NCBI GenBank assembly: GCA_038850285.1
Contig: JAWCMA010000001.1
Location: 53,168-117,167, forward strand
Length of the DNA: 64,000 nucleotides
Direction: 5' to 3'
DNA from: Methanocellales archaeon
Lineage (GTDB): Archaea > Halobacteriota > JAWCLZ01
The notes under the pieces: model-generated
The model's database searches: none
Told to the model about the DNA's origin: nothing
The model's input: only the letters and a program-made list of their open reading frames with translations
Program-made: the position numbers and the translations under genes
Shown here: in pieces, positions 58,077 to 64,000 of the stretch
Layout of the letters: every line of letters starts with the position of its first letter
How positions within the stretch are numbered: position 1 is the stretch's first letter

Positions 58077-59227
58077 TCACACGCCCTCTGCAGGCAATTT
58101 TCAAGGGAATCAAAGCAAGCTTCAACTTTCTGTAAACTAGATAGGTAATTCAAAGCCTTTCCAGAGTTAATTAGTACTTTAGGAAAAATTTCAACTGCCG
58201 GTGAAACTACCATGCAGGTATCGCAGTAAATTTTCGCCCCGCTCTTCTCAATCTGCTTCACTAGCAATTTATTCCTTTCACTAAGCCCTCTTGAGGTAAA
58301 AATCCAAGTCTCGCGCTTTATTTTTTTTCCATTTAACAATTTGGCAATTTTTTTCAACTCATTCAAAGAACAATGCGGGCATCCAATTGCAATTAAATCC
58401 ACGTCTTCAGTTTTGCCATAAATATTCTCAAGCTCACCTGGCTCGATTGTTATCTTCTCTTTAGGCAGCGTGAAATTAGCGCTTTCAGGAGTCACACCTT
58501 TAACGTGGAATAGTGCTACTCCACCCCTTGCTGCTAATGCAGCGCTCAGTGCTTTAAGCTCATCCTTCCTTGGTTTTTGCTCTGCGAAGGTGAATATGGG
58601 TATTTTATCACCTAGGTACTTGCCAGCTATATAGCCAAGTGCAGCGTAGTCTGAATCCTTAAGCTTGAATTTAATTTCAATTAATACTTGAGGAGCTCTA
58701 TTCTCCTTGCAATGCATACCATAATTTGGGGTTTTACCAATCAATGCAGCGGCAAGTGCACTTGGAGCACCCTCTCTATTTGTCATTGCTCCAATAACTG
58801 AATTGGCATATATCACAGCTGAACTCTCCCCCCAAGCTAGGTGATCGCCTTTTTTAATTCTATGTAAATAGTAGGGGGTGCAAGTGCAATTTGTTTTTAC
58901 CCCGAGTTTTTCATATGCTCTTAAAATCGCCATTTGCTTGGCTGCAAATTTATTTGAGATTCCCATTTCAATCCAACGCTTTCTATCCAAGCCCGCTGGG
59001 TTAAGTGAAGCAGGCACTTTAACTTTGCCTTTTAGACTTTTAAGATACCTAAGTCCTGCCTCGCCAATGGTTTTATAGCTTACACCTGAGATATGAGCGC
59101 TTTTAACTGGAATCAATTTCTCCGCTCCATATATCTTTCCCAGTGCCACCAAGATTTCCATGCACTTTTGAAGTGTAGCTCCAAACTCCCCATTGTAAAT
59201 TTTCTCCTCCTCTCTCGTGAGATGCAT
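58073..59227 (-). CDS. aconitase X catalytic subunit (DUF521), phosphomevalonate dehydratase large subunit
   Basis: SGVSYKTIG.AG, CTCTPY, W.ESSA..YANSV.GA.TNRE, GCPH, DTCMVV. Confidence 0.9.
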   Translation of the reverse strand: MHLTREEEKIYNGEFGATLQKCMEILVALGKIYGAEKLIPVKSAHISGVSYKTIGEAGLRYLKSLKGKVKVPASLNPAGLDRKRWIEMGISNKFAAKQMAILRAYEKLGVKTNCTCTPYYLHRIKKGDHLAWGESSAVIYANSVIGAMTNREGAPSALAAALIGKTPNYGMHCKENRAPQVLIEIKFKLKDSDYAALGYIAGKYLGDKIPIFTFAEQKPRKDELKALSAALAARGGVALFHVKGVTPESANFTLPKEKITIEPGELENIYGKTEDVDLIAIGCPHCSLNELKKIAKLLNGKKIKRETWIFTSRGLSERNKLLVKQIEKSGAKIYCDTCMVVSPAVEIFPKVLINSGKALNYLSSLQKVEACFDSLENCLQRACE

Positions 59228-59874
59228 TAGTTTTCCCTCAGCTTTTTATAGAATTTCTCCCAGTTCAACTTCGTTGCTATACAGCCTGCCTCATCAAGCA
59301 CAATTCCCTGTGCTGGTATCTTATGCTTATGGCACATATCTAAGCCATCTCTAACTTCTTCCACGCATCCTACACCTAGAATAGCACTTGGCTTATATTT
59401 AGCGATCATTCGCCTTATAAAGCTTGAGCCTGGAACTATAAATACTTTGTAACCAAGCCGCTCCGCTTCTTCCTTGGCATCTTTTAATTTGCATCTCCCG
59501 CAAGCTATGCATTGAATACCCTCTGGACTTAGCTTAGCTGGACATTCTATAGAGCGAAGGCACTGTGGAAGGAAAATTGCTTTCTTAGCTATTGGAATCG
59601 CTTTATATGGCTTTAAATTGATCAGGTTTATTAAGTCTATGCATACTAAGTCCACAACTGCATCTTCTGTACCAACAAGTCGAAAAATCGCTCTAATTGG
59701 TGCTTCAAGAGCGATGATTGCTAATATGAATAGATTTGGGAAAGGAAAATAGCCAGTTTTAAATGAAATTGAAATCAATATAGCGAGAATAACAGCAGCG
59801 ATGATTATGAAGAGAATTAAGTAAAAGACAATTTCTCCTACGATTAAGAAAAGCGCTTCAAGCTGCCAAGTCAT
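59227..59874 (-). CDS. DUF116 family Cys-rich membrane protein
   Basis: FLPQCLR..ECPA, C..CGRC, IVPGSS, GVGC, GC; N-terminal TM segments. Confidence 0.87.
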   Translation of the reverse strand: MTWQLEALFLIVGEIVFYLILFIIIAAVILAILISISFKTGYFPFPNLFILAIIALEAPIRAIFRLVGTEDAVVDLVCIDLINLINLKPYKAIPIAKKAIFLPQCLRSIECPAKLSPEGIQCIACGRCKLKDAKEEAERLGYKVFIVPGSSFIRRMIAKYKPSAILGVGCVEEVRDGLDMCHKHKIPAQGIVLDEAGCIATKLNWEKFYKKLREN

Positions 59875-59937
59875 AGTAGCTAATTCCAATTCAAATAGCT
59901 TAAGCTTATATTTTTTCATGAAAGAGTAAAGAGAGGT

Positions 59938-61728
59938 GTGAACTTGACTGGCAAAGCTTTTTTACTAGGTAATGAAGCAATCGCTAGAGGATTGCTTGAA
60001 AGTGGGGTTAAGGTTGCCACTGGTTACCCAGGCACTCCTTCCTCAGAGATAATAGAGGTACTCGCGAAGGAAGCTAAAAAATATGGCGTACACGTGGAGT
60101 GGTCGGTGAATGAAAAAGCAGCTCTTGAGGTAGCTATAGGTGCTGCTTGGAGTGGAGTGCGCTCAGCAGCAGTGATGAAGCACGTGGGATTGAATGTAGC
60201 CGCTGATCCCTTTTTAACCCTCGCTTACACTGGTGCTAGAGGTCTTGTTTTAATCGTATGCGATGATCCCTCTTGTCATTCTTCTCAAAATGAACAGGAT
60301 TCGCGGAGATATGCATATTTTGCAAAGATACCATGTTTAGATCCCGCTTCACCCGTGGAAGCGAAGGAGATGGTTTCCTATGCCTTTAATCTCTCTGAGA
60401 AATATGACATACCTATTATGCTCAGATCCACAACGCGAGTGTCGCATGCGAAGAGCGATATTGAACTAGGAGAAATAGTGCCAAAGAAGGTGAAAGCTGA
60501 GTTTAAAAAAGCACCTGAGCGCCGAGTAATGCTGCCAGCTCATGCCAGGCCGCTTTTAAAAGAGCTAAATAAAAAACAAAATGAAATTAAAATTGAACTT
60601 GAAAAATCACCTTGGAATTCGCTCTTAATTAGAAAAGGAGCAAAGTTAGGTGTGGTTGCAAGTGGTATTTCAAGTGCATATGCAAATGAAGCGATCGCTA
60701 AACTTGAAGCAAAAGTTTCATTTTTGAAAATTGGCACATACCCTGTTCCAGAGGGGATGATTAAAAAACTATTGAAAAATGTCAAGGCAATTCTAGTGAT
60801 TGAAGAGCTTGAGCCAGTAGTGGAAGAGCAAATCCGCATGCTTCTTGAGAGAAAAATAAGAATAATGGGCAAAGCAAGCAAGCACATCCCCCGGGAGGGG
60901 GAATTAACCCTCGATATCGTTGAAACTGCAATCGCGAGAGCCGCTGGTAAGCGACTTAGAAGTGCCAATCTAGAGCAGCAGCCTCTCCCACCTAGGCCTC
61001 CAGTGATGTGCGCAGGGTGCCCGCATAGAGCAACCTTTTATGCAATGCGCGAAGTTTTTGGAAGAAACTCAATATTCCCAAGTGATATAGGCTGCTATAC
61101 CCTTGGCGTGCAGCTTGGCACGGTTGATACCACGCTTTGCATGGGCTCAAGCACATCGCTTGCAGCGGGAATATATTTTGCTGGGGAGCAAACTCCCATT
61201 TGCGCAACCATAGGCGATTCAACCTTTCTCCATAGCGGTATAACTGGGCTTATGAATGCAGTGTACAATAAAGCTAAATTCACCTTGGTGATTTTGGATA
61301 ATCTCACCACAGGCATGACAGGCCACCAACCTCATCCAGGCACTGGTATCACTGCAACTGGGGAGATAACTACGAGGATTTCACTGGAAGCAATCGCGCG
61401 CGCCTGCGGTGTGGAATTAGTCGAAGTAATTGATCCCTATGATTTAAAAAATGCCAAGCAAGTGCTCGAGAGAGCTAGGAATAGCGCTGGAGTAAGCGTA
61501 ATCATCTCGAGGCAAGCATGCGTTATCACCGCACAGCGAATGAGAATCAAGCGAAATAAATATGAAGTAAGCGAAACCTGCATTGGCTGCAAGAAATGCA
61601 TCGCATATGGCTGCCCCGCTATAGAACTTCATGGAGAAAGAGCATATATCACCGAGGCATGCACCGGCTGCGGGGTGTGCTCTCAACTTTGCTCCGCAAG
61701 TGCTATTAAAGTGAGGGATGCAAAATGA
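59938..61728 (+). CDS. iorA: indolepyruvate ferredoxin oxidoreductase alpha subunit
   Basis: LGNEAIARG, GYPGTPSSE, MKHVGLNVAAD, SSQNEQD, CAGCPHR, DIGCY, GDSTF.HSG, ferredoxin C-terminus. Confidence 0.95.
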   Translation: MNLTGKAFLLGNEAIARGLLESGVKVATGYPGTPSSEIIEVLAKEAKKYGVHVEWSVNEKAALEVAIGAAWSGVRSAAVMKHVGLNVAADPFLTLAYTGARGLVLIVCDDPSCHSSQNEQDSRRYAYFAKIPCLDPASPVEAKEMVSYAFNLSEKYDIPIMLRSTTRVSHAKSDIELGEIVPKKVKAEFKKAPERRVMLPAHARPLLKELNKKQNEIKIELEKSPWNSLLIRKGAKLGVVASGISSAYANEAIAKLEAKVSFLKIGTYPVPEGMIKKLLKNVKAILVIEELEPVVEEQIRMLLERKIRIMGKASKHIPREGELTLDIVETAIARAAGKRLRSANLEQQPLPPRPPVMCAGCPHRATFYAMREVFGRNSIFPSDIGCYTLGVQLGTVDTTLCMGSSTSLAAGIYFAGEQTPICATIGDSTFLHSGITGLMNAVYNKAKFTLVILDNLTTGMTGHQPHPGTGITATGEITTRISLEAIARACGVELVEVIDPYDLKNAKQVLERARNSAGVSVIISRQACVITAQRMRIKRNKYEVSETCIGCKKCIAYGCPAIELHGERAYITEACTGCGVCSQLCSASAIKVRDAK

Positions 61729-62330
61729 GCTTTGATTTGATCATCGCAGGGGTTGGCGGTCAGGGAGCGATTTTGCTTAGTGATATCATAGGCAGCGCTG
61801 CAGTGAAAGCAGGTAAATCAGTGAGAGCAGCTGAAACCCACGGCATGGCACAGCGGGGCGGAAGTGTTGAAATTCACTTGCGAATTAATTGCAAATATGG
61901 CTCGCTTGTAGCTCTTCGCAGCGCGAATGTTTTACTTGGCCTTGAACCACTTGAGGCACTGCGCTACGCTAGATATTTAGCTGAAGATGGCATTGCAATC
62001 GTAAATATGGCGAAGATCCCCCCTCAATCGGTTATACTTGGAAAAGCAGTTTATCCCGCGGATGAAGAAATCACTACTAGTTTGAGGCAATTTTGCAGAG
62101 CAGTAATCACGCTTGATGCTGTTGAGCTGGCTAAGCTCGCTGGAACTTCAATTGCAATGAATATTGTAATGCTTGGAGCACTCTCTAAATTCCTCCCGAT
62201 ATCGGAAAAGCTGCTGAGGGTGAGCATCGCTGCTCACGTGCCCAAGAAAATGATTGAAGTTAACTTAAAAGCCTTTGAACTAGGTAAAGCAGTTACTTCG
62301 AAGGTTTCTTCGCAGCTTTTATATGAATGA
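61725..62330 (+). CDS. iorB: indolepyruvate ferredoxin oxidoreductase beta subunit
   Basis: GVGGQG, ETHGMAQRGGSV, EPLEALR, N.VMLGA, N.KAF..G. Confidence 0.95.
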   Translation: MSFDLIIAGVGGQGAILLSDIIGSAAVKAGKSVRAAETHGMAQRGGSVEIHLRINCKYGSLVALRSANVLLGLEPLEALRYARYLAEDGIAIVNMAKIPPQSVILGKAVYPADEEITTSLRQFCRAVITLDAVELAKLAGTSIAMNIVMLGALSKFLPISEKLLRVSIAAHVPKKMIEVNLKAFELGKAVTSKVSSQLLYE

Positions 62331-62360
62331 ATTGAATGAATAAAACAGAATCGCCATTTC

Positions 62361-62531
62361 TTATTTTGTTATAGCGCAAACTTTTAGCTTCTCATCATAC
62401 CAAGCGCAGTCTTGCTCCATGCAGAGGAATAGCTTGCTTTTCTTTTCCCAAAGGGTATCATCAATTTCATTCCTAATGCTCAGTAAAATGGTTTGAGCAA
62501 CGAATAATGGGCAATTCTTTTGAACCTTCAT
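62361..62531 (-). CDS. 56-aa Cys4 microprotein (absent from the ORF track)
   Basis: MKVQKNCPLF...LCMEQDCAWYDEKLKVCAITK. Confidence 0.6.
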   Translation of the reverse strand: MKVQKNCPLFVAQTILLSIRNEIDDTLWEKKSKLFLCMEQDCAWYDEKLKVCAITK

Positions 62532-62632
62532 CTTGATCAATCCCGCTAATTACCCTATTCAAAACCAGTATTTACATCTAACGATTTTTTCGCATGATAA
62601 TTATTTTAAATTATCATTTTAATTTTTAATTT

Positions 62633-63448
62633 TTAATTTTTAAGCAAGTCCACTGCGACTCTATGCACACTTGGAGCATAGCTTCCACATTTCTTCACTC
62701 TAACTACGCTCACTGGAAATCTTTCCACTAGCATTTTCTCTAAATCAGCCATTTCATCTCGTGCCGCGAAGATATAGCAGTGAATCACTCCATACTCTCT
62801 CGCAAGCGGCAGAGCTAGCTTTAAATATCCAAATCTTTCCCCAGGCTTAAGATATGGAGAGGGCATTATTATGCGGTCAAACTTTCTCTCTATATGCGGT
62901 AAAATAGTTTCAACATCTCCTTGGATTATAGATATTTTTCTGCAGACTTTGTTTAACTCTAAGTTTTCCTTGAAATAAGCAGCTGCTACTGGATTTTTCT
63001 CTATCGCTAGGATTTTAACCTCTTTCTCCCGCGCAATTACAATTGGAAATGGACCAACGCCTGCGAATAAACATAAAATACTCTCCCCAGTTTTTACCAG
63101 AGAGGCGATTCTAGCTCTCTCCATCGCTAGCTTTTGAGTGAAATGAACTTTGGTGGGATCTAATTTGAAGCTGCATTGATTTTCTCGATGAATGGTTTCA
63201 GTGGTATTCCCATATAAGAACTCGTAGCTTGCGACTCTGAATTCTGTGTCAGTAGAACCAATCCTGCGAAGCACAGTTTTCACATTCCTATGGGCTTCCA
63301 CAAGCTTTCTAGCGATCAAATGCTTTTTATGCTCAAGGGAAGGCGGGATGTAAATTAATGCTATGTTGCCTATCAAATCAAAGCGATCTCTCATTAATTT
63401 AAGTTCTTCTTTTTCAAGCTCCTGCTGCAAAAGAGCTTTTAATCCCAT
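62633..63448 (-). CDS. Trm5/Taw2 (Met-10+) family SAM-dependent tRNA transferase
   Basis: FDLIGNIA, T.HREN.C.F.LD..KVHF, FAGVGPF, FDRIIM, Y.P. Confidence 0.85.
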   Translation of the reverse strand: MGLKALLQQELEKEELKLMRDRFDLIGNIALIYIPPSLEHKKHLIARKLVEAHRNVKTVLRRIGSTDTEFRVASYEFLYGNTTETIHRENQCSFKLDPTKVHFTQKLAMERARIASLVKTGESILCLFAGVGPFPIVIAREKEVKILAIEKNPVAAAYFKENLELNKVCRKISIIQGDVETILPHIERKFDRIIMPSPYLKPGERFGYLKLALPLAREYGVIHCYIFAARDEMADLEKMLVERFPVSVVRVKKCGSYAPSVHRVAVDLLKN

Positions 63449-63481
63449 TAATATTTAAAAAAGCAATGTAGGAATAAAAAA

Positions 63482-63799
63482 TTATTCTTTCTCCTTCTCA
63501 GCTCTTGAAGCACGATAAAGCTGCAAACCCCTGCTGGAGACCCACGAGCCGCAGAATCCCATGACGAATAGAAAGACTGCTTTTATGATTATTGCAAGCA
63601 AATTAGATTGCAAGTTTATCTCCCCGCCCTGTGGATTGATTTGAATAGAAGAATTTTCCACAGGCGCTGAGAATTGAGAATATGCCAGTTGGAAAACAAA
63701 TAGCATGAGCACTATGCCTAGGAAAAATACTCCTAGACCAGCTATCGCTCCAGTGTTATATCGCTTAACCTGCGCTTTTGAATCAGATAATTTCTCCAT
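63482..63799 (-). CDS. hypothetical 2-TM membrane protein
   Basis: Two hydrophobic helices; GGGGA upstream of the ATG. Confidence 0.7.
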   Translation of the reverse strand: MEKLSDSKAQVKRYNTGAIAGLGVFFLGIVLMLFVFQLAYSQFSAPVENSSIQINPQGGEINLQSNLLAIIIKAVFLFVMGFCGSWVSSRGLQLYRASRAEKEKE

Positions 63800-63820
63800 C
63801 CGATCCCCTAATAAATATAT

Positions 63821-63848
63821 TTTTGAATTTTGAATTTTGAATTTTGAA
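63821..63848. repeat. 7-bp tandem repeat TTTTGAA x4
   Basis: Read directly from the sequence. Confidence 0.8.
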
Positions 63849-63861
63849 TATATAAAACTTC

Positions 63862-64000
63862 TTATAGCAGATTTAAAATTAAAGGGAGCATTATCACGCC
63901 CATGGCGTGGGTCCTCCTTACATGCATAAAAGCTGGGAGCAGTCCAACTGGAATTGAAATTGCAAAGACCGCAAATCCAAAGAGTCCGGTTAATAGCAAA
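63862..64000 (-). CDS. C-terminus of an archaeal TctA-like (DUF112) membrane protein, partial
   Basis: ...LLLTGLFGFAVFAISIPVGLLPAFMHVRRTHAMGVIMLPLILNLL*. Confidence 0.6.
   Translation of the reverse strand, partial: LLLTGLFGFAVFAISIPVGLLPAFMHVRRTHAMGVIMLPLILNLL

Overview
Archaeal chromosomal segment. The gene set (group I GGGP synthase, SepRS, Fae-Hps, hsr1-cdc48-hsp20, AcnX/UbiD mevalonate enzymes) points to Halobacteriota (Methanomicrobia/Archaeoglobi/Syntropharchaeia-like); this placement is an inference. It is mostly housekeeping: tRNA modification, cofactor, lipid and amino-acid biosynthesis, carAB, iorAB and one tRNA-Arg(GCG). I saw no CRISPR array, transposase or integrase. The most unusual part is 25.3-33.9 kb: an ATP-dependent ligase divergent from a tight operon of winged-helix/LigD-type primase-polymerase, Nre and SPL-like radical SAM, with no Ku, flanked by an HhH-fused MCM-like ATPase, a possible degenerate exonuclease and Zn-finger microproteins. 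Other highlights: one helical-hairpin domain present both free and membrane-fused; an LpdD-like gene in front of ubiX-ubiD; yvoF coupled to DUF1405; a CbiA with a destroyed P-loop; a CTG start for carB; an exact HSR1 operator; and many short tandem duplications at gene junctions. All assignments come from motif recognition by eye; no searches were run.
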